DNA from: Octopus vulgaris
Taxonomy: Eukaryota
Length of the DNA stretch: 64,000 bases
NCBI GenBank assembly: GCA_951406725.2
Contig: OX597814.1
Coordinates: 61,132,001-61,196,000 of the forward strand
Direction: 5' to 3'
Shown: piece by piece, positions 25,547-38,499 of the stretch
Layout of the letters: the number at the start of each line of letters is the position of its first letter
How positions within the stretch are numbered: position 1 is the first letter of the stretch
Position numbers and translations under genes: made by a program
The notes under the pieces: generated by a model
The model's database searches: none
What the model was told of the DNA's origin: nothing
Seen by the model: the letters and a program-made list of their open reading frames with translations, nothing else

Positions 25547-26049
25547 CTGGAAGAATCACTGAAAAGGTCACAGATGTGTGACAAAAGATTTCCAGACAAT
25601 GGACATAAGATCAAATAAAAATAATAATAAATGAGTGAAGAATGAATATATAGTGCATGTGTTTATTTGGCAAGAAAAAAAAATGACCATCCCGAAATAT
25701 AACAATATTTAATGTCCTTCCATTTTTAAAATAACCATTAAGATGCAATTTAGAGGAGATTTACCTACTTTTTCCAACATGTTAAGTGATCATGCTGAGA
25801 CTTCCTGCTTGATTTGTTATTTTTGTAGTTGCAGTTGTTGCTACTTAGTTTCAGGTCAATATTACTCAAGCAGATCTGAGCTCAAATAAAGGCTTTCCAG
25901 CTGTGACCAATCCATCTTTTTTTGTTTATAGAGTGTTTATCATTCACTGCTTCTTTACCTTATCTTAGGTATCATGGTGTAATAGGAGAACCATTTGATT
26001 GCTATTTATTTGTAGTAACTATTAAATATGCATATGCAGTGGTGTTGTC

Positions 26050-26297
26050 AGAAGGCTGCACCAGGCTCCAGTCTGATCTGGCAGTGTTTCTACAGCTGGA
26101 TGCCCTTCCTAACGCCAGCCACTTTGTGAGTGTAGTGGGTGCTTTTTACGTGCCACCTGCACAGGTGCCAGGCGAGGCTGACAACGACCATGGTCGGATT
26201 GGTGCATTTTACGTGCTAACGGCACGGAAGCCAGTCGAGGCGACGCTGGCATCGGCCACGATTCAGATAGCGCTTTTTACGTGCCACCGGCACGGAA
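26050..26297 (-). mobile_element. RTE 3' UTR fragment
   Basis: Reverse complement of about 28750-29055. Confidence 0.8.
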
Positions 26298-26809
26298 GCA
26301 AAATAAAAAATTACGGAACACATTTTGATGGGTGGGAAGCAATGCTAGCTCAGAAAACCCATCTGTTGTTATGGTAGTCAATGGAATCTTCCTGGAAAAG
26401 TGCTTTATCAAATTGATTCTAATGGTAGATGAAGTGTAGGTAAGATCCTCAACAATAGGGACAGCAATATTAGGGTCTGACAGAACCTTGCAGAAGTTTA
26501 CTCAAAATATGATGCAATTTTGTTTACAATTGGTCCCATAGTCTCAGAGAAATATTGTGACAATGGACAAACTGAATTTTCTCTATACTGTACAATATAG
26601 GCTGTAATATTCTTCACCCTTAAGACAGCAAGCTGGCAGAATTATTAACATGTCAGACAAAATTCTTAGCAGCATGCTGTCTGTCTTCATGTTCAAATAC
26701 TGCCGTGGTTGACTATTTAGTCCTACCTTGAACCTTTACTCTTGGAGAAAGTTTTAAAAGAATTTTCCAACAGGGTCCACCATGACATATTTGGTTTTTT
26801 TCTATTCTT

Positions 26810-27500
26810 GCTTAAGTACCAATTGCTGAGCAATGACATCTAAGCCATTGAAGCATGTAGTTGTCTGGTTTCCAAATTGGAGTTGTTGGATCATGAAGTT
26901 TAATATACATGAGATTGCTGCCTTGATTTATTAACAGATCTCATTTCCATCATGATAAGGTTCATGGTACTAAAGCCTTGTTTGCACACATAAGGGCTGC
27001 ATGGGATTACTTTTGAGTATTTGATTAAAGGTTGCTGGTTTGGCAGAATATGCTGCCTGTTGTTGCCTAGGTCTCTGTACCACTGATGAAAAGTTCATTT
27101 CCATTTCTCAACTTCTAAGACTCTTTTTTACTCTTGTATTCCTTCATTACTTCTAAAAATCATATACTGCAACAAATTAATTTCTTTGCATAAACTATAG
27201 TAATATCCCTTTCGTGTAAAGACTCAGAAAGAAGAGATAATTCAAATGAAACATCATACATAAGTGCCAGATCAAGGAGAAACTGCTTTGATGAAACACA
27301 TGGTGCACTAGTTAACTTTTGATTTTTATTGGTACTACTGCTAACATGCTCAAAATGATGACAATGATGCATAGTCATTCCAAACTACTGAAAGAGTTCT
27401 GAAGAAGCTTGAAAGCTATATAGCTTTTAGCATTTTTCCAACAATTTTCATCTTCTATTTACAAATGTTCTAAAATCTTTCACATTCTTGGATTTTTATC
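26810..27500 (-). pseudogene. Decayed hAT transposase (KIAA1586/ZNF862-like)
   Basis: FLLDLALMYDVSFELSLLSESLHER, then VIPCSPYVCKQGFSTMNLI and SNLMYIKLHDP...WKPDNYMLQWL (hAT dimerisation region), frameshifted. Confidence 0.7.
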
Positions 27501-27564
27501 TCATTCTGTTAGAATTTTTTTAAATATATATTCACATATATATGTATATACACATGCATATATG

Positions 27565-27810
27565 GGTATAGGACGTCAAAAAATGTAAACATGGAAAACG
27601 AGAACATGAAATACAAAAACATGGAAAACGATCTTTCTTGCGAACAACAAAAGAAACAAATAGAAAAACAAGATAGGTAACATAAAGAACAATCCCTTCA
27701 TCAGTTGTTCACTGTTTTATCTACTCCACGTTTTGAGCATTAGGACAAGATGTGTCTTCATCAAAACAGTTGCTCCTGCAAAGCAAATTAGATAAATTTG
27801 GGATTTGCGG
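27565..27810 (-). repeat. Penelope-like terminal-repeat fragment
   Basis: Homolog of 14950-15225. Confidence 0.4.
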
Positions 27811-28235
27811 AGATTTGGTAACAAAAACAGGACAGTGAAAATAAAAGGTAAGGGCTGTTAAGTCATAACAAGGTGAAGTGGTGAACACTGGAGAAACAAG
27901 CTTTTACAGGAGACAGACAAAAATGCGTATCATCCCTGTAGCTGAATGAGAAGAAAGAAATTTGAGTTAGAAGAAAGATGGCCGCTGGTTACATGTGAGC
28001 AATAAGAGAGTCAAGAAGGAAATATATATATATAAGGAGTAAATATTCAAATAAATATTTTTGTTATTATTATCAGTGGTAAATTTAAATAATTGATAAT
28101 AATAACAAAAATATAGGTAGTAGCAAGTAATAATAGCATTAAATAGCTAGAGAATAACATTTATAATTATAATTACAATTAACCATAATTACAATAGAGG
28201 GCACATGAATCTACTCTATACCTAACTGAAGTCAC

Positions 28236-28265
<30 letters not shown>

Positions 28266-28291
<26 letters not shown>

Positions 28292-29125
28292 GTGTAATGT
28301 CAGTGTGAATGCACGACAGAGTGTAAGCACCCTGAGAGAAATGCTGGACATAAGAAGCATCAGATGTGGTGTGCAAGAGCGACGCTTGCGATGGTATGGT
28401 CATGTACTGGGGATGGATAAGGAGAGATGTGTGAAGAAGTGCCGCTCCCAAACAGTTGAAGGAATCATGGGGAAGAGGTAGACCCAGGAAGACATGGGAT
28501 GAGGTAGTCAAGCATGACCTCAGAGCGTTGGGCCTCACTGAGGCAATGGCAAAGGACCGAGATCTCTGGAGATGTGCTGTGACTGCAAAGACCCGGGATG
28601 CTTCCGGCACTAGTTCCGCATAGCCCCTGCCCATTCAAAGTACTTTGGATCCCAGAACATCTCGCTGTGCTTGGGGAGACCTGTTGAGTCAAGTGCATGT
28701 ACATGAACATCGAAACAAATATCAATGGAAATAGTAGTTGTGATACCTGTGCCGGTGGCACATAAAAAGCACCATCCGAACGTGGCCGTTGCCAGCTCCG
28801 CCTCGACTGGCTTCTGTGCCAGTGACACATAAAAAGCACCATCCGAACGTGGCTGATGCCAGCGCCGCCTTGGCTGGCTTCCGCACCGGTGGCACGTTAA
28901 AAGCACCAACCGATCGTGGCCGATGCCAGACCCCCCTGGCACCTGTGCAGGTGGCACGTAAAAAGCACCCACTACACTCGCGGAGTGGTTGGCGTTAGGA
29001 AGGGCATCCAGCTGTAGAAACACTGCCAGATCAGACTGGAGCCTGGTGCAGCCCCTGGCTTCCCAGACCCCGGTCGAACCGTCCAACCCGCGCTAGCGCG
29101 GAAAACAGACGTTAAATGATGATGA

Positions 29126-29128
<3 letters not shown>
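28266..29128 (+). mobile_element. Young 5'-truncated RTE LINE within (TA)n
   Basis: WMCNVSV...RRLRWYGHV...RPRKTWDEVVKHDL (one frameshift), 3' UTR tandem units, (GAT)n tail, (TA)n on both flanks. Confidence 0.9.
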
Positions 29129-29172
<44 letters not shown>

Positions 29173-29269
29173 ACGGGAAGGTTTACGAAAATAAACAAAG
29201 GAGGAAGGCAGGTGGAGTACAAACAAACAAATGTATTAGTATGGCGCTCAGGAATAGAAATGGAACAAG

Positions 29270-29307
29270 TCTTTTACGTTTCGAGCCTACGCTCTTCAAC
29301 AGAAAGA
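29270..29307 (-). ncRNA. Minimal hammerhead-like motif (A6U variant) in a Penelope-like fragment
   Basis: tcttt-CTGTTGA-a-gagc gtag gctc-GAAAC-GTA-aaaga. Confidence 0.4.
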
Positions 29308-29380
29308 TACACAGAAAAGAAACAAGGAGAGAAAAAAATGCGTCTAGGAGCTAACGGTCTATCATGACGTTCTCAGTTTG

Positions 29381-30066
29381 CAATTTACAACCAAAAGGCA
29401 ACAAATATAGTTGTCACTAAAGTGATGGAGGGTACTAGTGACCACTGGCATTGCTACAAATAAGCGTCAAAACAACTCTTAGCCACATGAGAGCACTTTT
29501 CTAATGACTGACAAGAGAGACAAGCTCCCTATGGCAAGCAAGATGAAGTCGTATCAACACTGATTTCAGATTTAATTAACCTTCATCGGTGAACCATTAC
29601 TCCATCACTGAGGGCTAAAAATCTTAACTCATTTTATCCATCTCATACATGGTGAAGTGAGAATTATAAATTATTAAGGTGGTTATTTACAATTTACAAC
29701 AGAAAGGCAACAAGTATAGTCATCACTAATGCGATGGAGGGTGCTAGTCAGCACAGCCACCTTGATAATTTATAATTCACACTTTACCATTTCCGGAATC
29801 AGTCAATGTTTCCTTGGGATTCTCTATAAGACTGACAAGGCAAGTTAATTTCTTTAACCCTCAGCAATGGAGTAACGGGTTACTAATGAAGGGTAATTAA
29901 ATCTGAGATGACCAATGATATGACTTTATCTCATTTGCCGTAGGGAGCTTGTCTCTCTTGTCAGTCATTAGAAAAGTGCTCTCATGTGGCTAAGAGTTGT
30001 TTTGACTCTTATTTCTAGCAATACAGGTGCTGACCAGCACCACCCATCACTTTAGTGATGACTATA
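29381..30066. repeat. Nested inverted/direct repeat of the 45224-45595 family
   Basis: About 29406-29630 inverted against 29845-30066; inner IR 29650-29685 and 29757-29790; direct repeat at 29381 and 29690. Confidence 0.85.
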
Positions 30067-30082
30067 TGTGTATGTGTGTGTT

Positions 30083-30462
30083 ATCTTTCATCTTTTACTT
30101 GTTTCAGTCATTAAACTGTAGCCATGCTAAAGTACCATTTTGAAAAATTTTTAGTCTGATAAATCAACCCCAGTACTTACTTTTTTTATACCTGATACTT
30201 ATTCTATAAGTGTCTTTTGTTGAACTGCTAGGTTATGGTGATGAAACACACCAACACCAGTTATCAAGCAGTGGTGGGACACAAAGGCACAGATATATAT
30301 ACATATATATGATGAGCTTCTTTCAGTTTCCATCTACCAAATCCACTCACAGGGCTTTTGGGTCGACCTGAGGCTATAAGTGAAGACACTTGCCCAAATG
30401 CCACACAGAAGGACTGAATCTAGAACCATGTGGTTGGGAAGCAAACTTCTTACCTCACAGCT
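30083..30462 (-). mobile_element. SINE family A
   Basis: Colinear with 310-776. Confidence 0.8.
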
Positions 30463-31579
30463 AATATATATATATTCAGTCAGCACATCCTTCTCCTTTG
30501 TTGAAACAATCACTTTCATTAAGCGTGTGTATGGGGGAGGAGTCTTTGATATTGAACATATATTTTTGCATGTGCAAGTGTGAGCGAGTGGGCTTGAGTG
30601 AGTGAGAGTGATGAAAATGTCATTTTCATATACAGATGCTATATCTTCGTACATTTATAGCACTATGGAACATGATTTTGTCCTTGGGTAGTAATTGTTT
30701 TTCTCCTATTTGCTTACCCCTAGAAAGTTTGGAAAAGGACTAATATTTCCTTCAAACTGCTTTTGTTACATTTATTGAAACCCCAAAGAATCCGTCTCAA
30801 CATATGGCTATAATGCTCCCCCACTACTCCTGCTCATGATCAGCAATGTACATATTGTCAGTCACTAAGTGACATGTTCAAGTGACATGGTCAAGCAACT
30901 GATGAACAAATCTGTGGTATTAAGCAGAATATTTGCTATAATGATATTTCTGCTTCAGCAACTCAGCCCTGAATCTCTGTGAAATGGAATGGAAAATAGG
31001 CCAGTTTCAAAACATTGATGTCCAGGTTACAAAAGCAAAGTTTGAAGAGAATAGAAGTAATTTCCTTTAATTTCTAGAGAGAAACAAATAGGAAATAAAA
31101 TATATAAATTTTGTTACACAGTGTAATTTATCTATTCGGTCATCGCTTGACTGGAAAACATTGAGAAAATCAAAGAGTATAAATACTAAAAGGTCATCAC
31201 CTAAATTAAAAACATGAATAAAGGTAAAAAGATAAGAATATTGAAAACTGAACCGCAAGAACAGTATCAGCAACAATAAAAATAGGATTCTTAATTTTTG
31301 TTTTTAAATTGAATCACAGATTTTGGGGAACCTCAACAGTTCAGATGAAGCAAAAAAGAGTCAGAACAGTTAATGAGACTTGTATTTCTTTTAGGGGTAG
31401 AAATTTTCAATTCTTTAGACAATTTTAAATTTGAATTTACTTAAAATAGTGAGGGAATGCTATTCCTTATCTCTCCAAAAAAGTAAGGGGACACTTGTTA
31501 CTGAGATGTTTTTATGAGTATACTCTTATTTGTTGTAAGCTGGGCTGCATTAAGCATACAGAACAAACATGAACATAAC

Positions 31580-31786
31580 TGGTTTCAAATATTAGCACAA
31601 GGCCAGAAATTTTGGGTAAGGTTTATGTTGGTTACATTGACCCCAGAGCTCAACTGGAACTTATTTTATCAACCTTGAAAAGACAAAAGTAAAGTTGACC
31701 TCAGCAGAATTTGAACATAAGGACAGATGAAATGTTGCATAGCATTTTGCTTGGCATGCTAATGACTCTGCCAGCTTGCCACCTTA
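31580..31786 (-). mobile_element. SINE family B
   Basis: Reverse complement of the units at 7585-8195. Confidence 0.75.
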
Positions 31787-31899
31787 GTATAATATTATAT
31801 AATAATATATTATATTTATTGTACATAATTACATAAATTCCTAATGGTTGCTGGTGGTAATGTAGCAAAATTAGAAACCAAGCTTCATGTAACAAATTT

Positions 31900-32556
31900 A
31901 TAATCATCGTCAGCTGGCATAGGTTGGATGGTTTGCCTGAAAACTGGTAAATTGGAGAGCTGCACCAGGTTCCGATCTGATTTGGCAAGGTTTCTACAGC
32001 TGGATGCCTTTCCTAATGCCAATCACTCCAAGAGTGTGGCGGGTGTTTTTTTTGTGCCACCAGCATGGGTGCCATTGACACCAGCATCAGCTTCAACTAT
32101 GGTCTCACTTGGCTTAACAGGTCTACACAAGCATGGTATATTGCCAAAGGTCTTGGTCACCTGTCACTACCTCCATGAGGCCCAACACTTGAATGGTGTT
32201 TTTTACGTGTCACTGGCACAGGTTACAGTCAGACAGCACTGGCATCAGCCATGACTACAATTTCACTTGGCTCAACAGATCTTCAAAAGCACAGTATTTT
32301 GCCCAATGACTGAAGGTTGCTTTTAACAGGCCAGTTACGTTACACTGACATCAGCGACAACTATGATCTCACTTAGCTTGACAGGTCTTCTCAAGCATGA
32401 CATATCACGAAAGACCCCAGTCACTTGGCATTACCTCTGTGAGGCCCAACATTCAAAGATCATGCTTCACCACCGCATCTCATGTCTTCCTGAGTCTACC
32501 TTTTCCACAAGTTCCCTCCATTGTTAAGTGTGACACTTCTTCACACAGCTGTTCTC
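31900..32556 (-). mobile_element. RTE LINE 3' fragment
   Basis: Reverse-complement homolog of 20195-21204 and 28266-29128. Confidence 0.8.
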
Positions 32557-33027
32557 AAGGATTTGCATATGGATGAAATTTATATAATAATGATTAGTAA
32601 TACTCAAGAAGCTGGAAAGTGCTGGTCTGAGACTATGAAGAAGAATTCCTTTCATTTCTAACTGGATTCAACAAAAGAAAACTGAGATGAGAATGTGTGT
32701 TCTCCATAACTCTTTCTCTCTCAACCTCTGCAGTTGTTCTTGGCGTAAATTTACTTTAATACTAAAAACATCAAGTTTCAAAAACATTTGAAATGATGTT
32801 CACGATATGGCATGATATTGCTGCAAGTTGACTGGTTGATAATTCAGACAGACTGCATGTAGTTTGGACCTGACAACTGAGAATTTGTCATTCAATTCTA
32901 GGTCTCACTATACACTGTTTCCATGTACCCCCACAGAACAATGCTACTGTGTACATGAGAGTGTGTGTGTATAAGAATTATAAAATATCTTGTATGCATA
33001 GATACTATTAATTACTCAACACAGTAG

Positions 33028-33242
33028 AGTGGCAAGCTGACAGACTCATTACTGACCTGGGTAAAATGCTTAACAGCATTTCATCTATTTTTACATTTTG
33101 AGTTCAAATTCTGCAAAGGTTGATTTTGCCTTTCATCCTTTCAGGGTTGATAAAATAAGTACTAGTTGAGCACTGGGCTCAATGTAATCAACTTATTCGT
33201 TCCTCCAAAATTGCTGGCCTTGTGCCAAAATTTGAAACCAAT
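33028..33242 (+). mobile_element. SINE family B
   Basis: ggcaagctgacagac...gcctttcatcctttcagggttgataaaataagtac. Confidence 0.8.
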
Positions 33243-33769
33243 TACTTAACATGATAGATGCATGTATTTGAATTCATTTTTAAACAGTTGTATTCACAAA
33301 TGTACACAATAACATTTTAAGGATGGAATACAAAGTTGAATTCTTCAGGATTTGAACTCAGAACATTAAAAGCTAGAAGAAATATCACAAAGCATTTTGT
33401 CTGATACTTTAAGAATTCTGTTCTGTTTTAATAATCAGCACTAACATGGGCCTGTAATTTGGAATTGGGGTTAATCAATCAAATCAAATCCAGATCATGA
33501 CTGGTGCTTTATTTTATTGTCCTCAAAATGATGAAAGACAGTATTGACCTTAACAGAATTTGAACTCAGAATATAGAATGATGCAAATAAACATCAAAAA
33601 GCATTTTATCTGATACTTTAACAATTCTGCCTTCCTAAAAATCATTTACTAATTACTAGACTTCAATTATTATCATATCTCAGTCAAAAGTTAAAGCTTA
33701 GAGAAAACTTTTTGTTAAATTCAATAACTGACAATATATTTTTTTTTATGAAATAATAACAACAACAAT

Positions 33770-34337
33770 AATCCTTTCTACTATAAGCACAAGGCTTGAA
33801 ATTAGGGAAGGGGGGGGGGGGGGGCTAGTTGATTTCATCGACCCCAGTGCATAACTGGTACTTATTTAATCGACTCCAAAAGGATGAAAGGCAAAGTTGA
33901 CCCTAGCAGAATTTGAACTCAGAACATAGTGGCAGACAAAATACCTATTTCTTTACTACCCACAAGGGGCCAAACACAGAGAGGACAAACAAGGACAGAC
34001 ACACGGATTAAGTCGATTACATCGACCCCAATGCGTAACTGGTACTTAATTTATCGACCCCGAAAGGATGAAAGACAAAGTCGACCTCGGCGGAATTTGA
34101 ACTCAGAACATAACGGCAGACAAAATACCACTAAGTGTTTCATCTGGCATGCTAACAATTATGCCAGCTCGCCACCTAATAATAATAATAATAATGGTTT
34201 TAAATTTTGGCACAAAGCCAACAATTTCAGGAGAAGGGGTAAGTCAATTACATCGACTCCAGTGCTCAACTGGTTCTTATTTTATTGACCCCGCACTCAA
34301 AAGGATGAAAAGCAAAATTGACCTCAGTAGAATTTGA
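33770..34337 (-). mobile_element. Multimeric SINE family B
   Basis: Three repeated core segments; reverse complement of 35550-35982. Confidence 0.8.
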
Positions 34338-34499
34338 TGCAGGGTTAAGCTTTTTTTAACATGGTTCTATATCTATAATCCTGTATATATTCTTTTATGA
34401 AATTGTCAATAACTGACAATATATTCTTTTATAAAAGCCCAGCATTAATTTGAGATTTTCATAAAAACATTTGCACTGCACCATGATTCTTTATTTGTC

Positions 34500-34905
34500 A
34501 TCATAATCATCAATCCACTTTTCTATGCTTGTGTAGGTCAAATGGAATTTTTTGTGGCAGATTTTCTACAGGTGGGTGCTTTCTCTGTCACCTGCCCTTA
34601 CCTGTTTCCAAGCAAGATAATATATATCCATGGCTGGACATGTTTTCGTGGAAGATTGAAAATGGTCTTCTCTTTTGTAACAGTGATGCTTATCTACAAC
34701 TTTTGTATAAAATCAAAAGAGAAAAACACACACACACATTTTCACCCATACATAACATACAATTAGCTTCTTTCAATTTCTGTTTATCAAATCTACTCAT
34801 GGATTATTGTAGAAGACACTTGCCCAAGGTACCATACTTTGGGACTGAACCCAAAACTACATGGTTTGGAAGCAAAATTCTGAACTTCTCTGCCATAACT
34901 GTGCA
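34500..34905 (-). mobile_element. SINE family A variant with RTE-like tail
   Basis: Reverse-complement homolog of 5457-5895. Confidence 0.65.
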
Positions 34906-35016
34906 TTTATTTTGTATAGTAAATATAAGTACTTTTGTTTTTTTAACCATTGCCTTCAAATATAACAAAACATAATTAAACCTTACACATAACACACATA
35001 GATTACACAATGATTA

Positions 35017-35131
35017 CAGGCGTGGCTGTGTAGTAAGAAGCTTGCTTCCCAACCACATGGTTCTGGGTTCGGTCCCACTGCATGGCACCTTGGGCAAGTG
35101 TCTTCGACTATAGCCTTAGGCCAACCAAAGC
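35017..35131 (+). mobile_element. SINE family A head
   Basis: ggcgtggctgtgtagtaag...gggttcggtccc...ccttgggcaagt. Confidence 0.8.
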
Positions 35132-35549
35132 TCAGACTGATGTAATGGTAATTAAAAATGTATCAAAATAAAAAGCAATTTGTATCATACTTGAAGCAGA
35201 CACATCATTGAACATCATATAAACTGCAGTGTTCGACTCAAGAAAGCATCTCTTATAGACATATTGTGTTATAAAACACTGAAATATATCAACAGCAGAT
35301 GAAAATTATCTAACAATGAGGGTGGCATTGCTAAACACGTATTTCTGTCTCTTTGAGCTTTGTTAGTCACAAGTCTCCACAGTAGCAAGCAACTGGTACT
35401 TCATTGGTTATGACAACAGGGGTTTCAGTTGATCCAATCAACAGAACAGTCTGCTAGAGAAATTAAAGTGCAAGTGACTGAGCATTCCACAGTTAAATTA
35501 AATTGGGTTTAATGTATTTTAATTAGATTTAATATATCTAAGATTACAA

Positions 35550-35982
35550 GGTGGTGAGCTGGCAGAAACGTTAGCACGCCGGGCGAAATGCTTAGCGGTA
35601 TTTCATTTGCCGTTACAGTCTGAGTTCAAATTCTGCCAAGGTCGACTTTGCCTTTCATCCTTTCAGGGTCAATAAATTAAGTACCAGTTATGTACTGGGG
35701 TCAATGTAATCGACTTAATCTCTTTGTCTGTCCTTGTTTTTCCCCTCTATGTTTAGCCCCTTGTGGGCAATAAAGAAATAAGAAACGTTAGCACACCGGG
35801 TGAAATTCTTAGCAGTATTTCGTCTGTCTTTAGGTTTTGAGTTCAAATTCTGCCAAGGTCAACTTTGCCTTTCATCCTTTCAGGGTCGATAAATTAAGTT
35901 CCAGTTGCATACTGGGGTTGATCTAATCAACTGGACCACCTCCCCAAGAATTTTGGGCCTTGTGCCTAGAGTAGAAAAGAAT
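35550..35982 (+). mobile_element. Dimeric SINE family B
   Basis: Two gaaacgttagcac...gagttcaaattctgccaagg units. Confidence 0.85.
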
Positions 35983-36489
35983 ATATCTAAGGTTACATAC
36001 AGTGGTGAGCCATACATTGTGATATTCAAAACTGCAGTGTTTAGTGTCCTGAAAATATATTCACAGCATTACAAAGCTGTTCAAGGAGACAAAATCTTTT
36101 CAGTAACAGAAAATAGCAATTATTTATAGATTAACTATAAATGATTTTCTTGGTTTTGAATATTATGCAACTAAACAAGAACATAATATTTTTTTTTTAG
36201 AAAAATCAGTAAACAAGAAGGCTTTAAAATATTTTTCTAAATCCCAAAAAAGAATTAAAAAAAAAACGATGTAAATATGATACATACAGTGATTATTGAT
36301 CAAAATATTATAAAAACTGTTATCTACAAAATAAGGTTGGAACTTGGCAACTTTGAATCAAAATTAATATATAAAAGATAACATGCTATTGTTGAATGGA
36401 GGAATATTGAATGAGTCTTAAAAAGATAGTGTGACATTCTGGCGTTTTGCTGATTCTGGAGTGCAAATGAAAAGAACTGTATTATATAA

Positions 36490-36893
36490 TCTCTTATTAT
36501 AAAAGGCAGATTTTATCTGCCTCCCTTTGGGAGTTATACAAATCTACAATATAGGATTTCTTCAATTACAATTTACCTAGCAGTTTTGAGAGTACAATGC
36601 ATCGCGTCATGCCAGGTCCAGTTTTTAAAATTTAAACTCCAATTAAGCAAAATTTACAGAAAACTCACATTCTGGTGTGTGTGTCAAATGCTTTTCTTAG
36701 TCTGGTTTACACCACACGCAAACGCACACACACAGTGGGCAACGAATAAAATGAAAGTAAATAGCGACAGAGAGATTTGAGGAAGACTAAAGTGAAAGTA
36801 TTCTGTCCATGACGCTGATAGATACATGAGTAAAATGTATGGGAAGCTAAGAGCTAAGAGTGAGTGAAAATGTTCTTGGAAGAGAGTAATTAG
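36490..36893 (+). repeat. Unclassified repeat with Helitron-like 5' end
   Basis: Starts A|TCTCTTATTATAAAAG and retains CpGs; 3' terminus not diagnostic. Confidence 0.3.
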
Positions 36894-37234
36894 TAATAAA
36901 GTAAACATACACTCATACATACATACATACATACATACATACATACATACACACACACACATACATACATACACACACACATACATACATACATATACAT
37001 ACATACATACATATACATACATACATACACACACACACATACACACACACACAGTATTGAAGCTTGAGAACAATCAGATACATTTGCAACACATCTGTTG
37101 AAAATATTATTGTTCACACACATACATATACATATATACATACAGACAGACAGACAGATAGACACACACACACACACACATGATCCAGCATGGCCACAAC
37201 CTCAAGGCTGAAACATATAAAAGAATAACAGAAT

Positions 37235-37600
37235 ATAAATGTGTGCAAAGTACAAGAAATATTAATGCAGTATATGGGGATTGGACAATAAGCGTAAGGC
37301 AGTGTCAATGGTGGTTCCAGAAATCCCGAGCCATAAACTACAGCCTAGAAGACGAGCCTCATCCTGAAAGATCTGTAGAACTCGACAAGGACATCCTGAA
37401 AACCCTGGTGGAACAAAATATCATCGTAACTGTTGAGGAACTAGCAGAGAAGCTTGGATTTGGTCATTCAACCATTCATTGACACCTGTGTGCTATCGGA
37501 AAAGTCAGCAAATTGGGTCAATGGGTTCCTCACGAACTTTCCGAGTCTAATTGCATGCAGAGAGTGAATGTATGCTTTTCTTTGCTGTCATATCTCACCA
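37235..37600 (+). pseudogene. Mariner transposase N-terminal fragment
   Basis: HTH region ISVRQCQWWF...LEDEPH...TVEELAEKLG, a stop codon, then KLGQWVPHEL (mariner WVPHEL motif). Confidence 0.9.
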
Positions 37601-37617
37601 CTACTGCGCTATGTATA

Positions 37618-38255
37618 TCTATATATATAAAACTGTAGTTGTGTGAGTGTCTGTCCCCTTCGATTTAGATTCCTAACTACTCCCACATTTTGCGGTACAG
37701 TTTAACCAAATTCGGGTAGCTTAAAGTCGTGATTCATATCGAGCCCGTCTGAATATTAGCGCGCGTCTACGATGAGTCTACGATTTTAAAAATAATTTAA
37801 CATCATTTTTTATTCCATTTTAATGCATAATTTTTCGTGTGTCGATGGCGGCGGAGTTGGCGTCCACGCTCACACCTGCACCTGTGGGGAAGGGAGTGTA
37901 AGGAAATCAACATCGTAATGCGTTGTCAAGGAGACCAGTGTTCTTTTAGAACAACGACTTCATGGCTTGAAGACACCAAAACAGAAATGGCTAAGAAAGC
38001 GTCTACATGAGTCTACGATTTAAAAAAAAATTTACCATCGTTTTTTTTTCCATTTTAATGCATTTTTTCGCTATTATATAAGGGAAGTAACTCTCTAAAA
38101 ATGTCTACGATGAGTCAACGATTTTTAAAAAAATTTACCATCATATTTTTTCCATTTTTAATGCATTTTTTGCTATTTTTTGGCTATAACTCTCTAAAAA
38201 TGCTTATATAGTTATTTCCCTTACAAACCCGAGCAACGCCGGGCGATACTGCTAG
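37618..38255 (+). mobile_element. Non-autonomous Helitron
   Basis: 5' TC, 3' CTAG preceded by hairpin cccgagcaacgccggg, inserted between A and T, no TSD. Confidence 0.9.
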
Positions 38256-38499
38256 TTAATGATAAAAGTAACATTTATGTACTGAGTGCTGTGTAGATTT
38301 TCCTCGGTTGAGACTGCAGAGGAAGTTCTTTCATCTTTCTGTGATAAAAATTCATAAAAATCACTAAATAAAACAAGTCAGATACAAAAGGAAAAAAAAA
38401 TTTGCTACATCAATTTTCAGGGGAGGTGGGGTCCGACAATAGAAGAGCTCCTATGGAGTAAAATCTACAAATGTTTTAGGTCTGGTATGAACTTATCTA

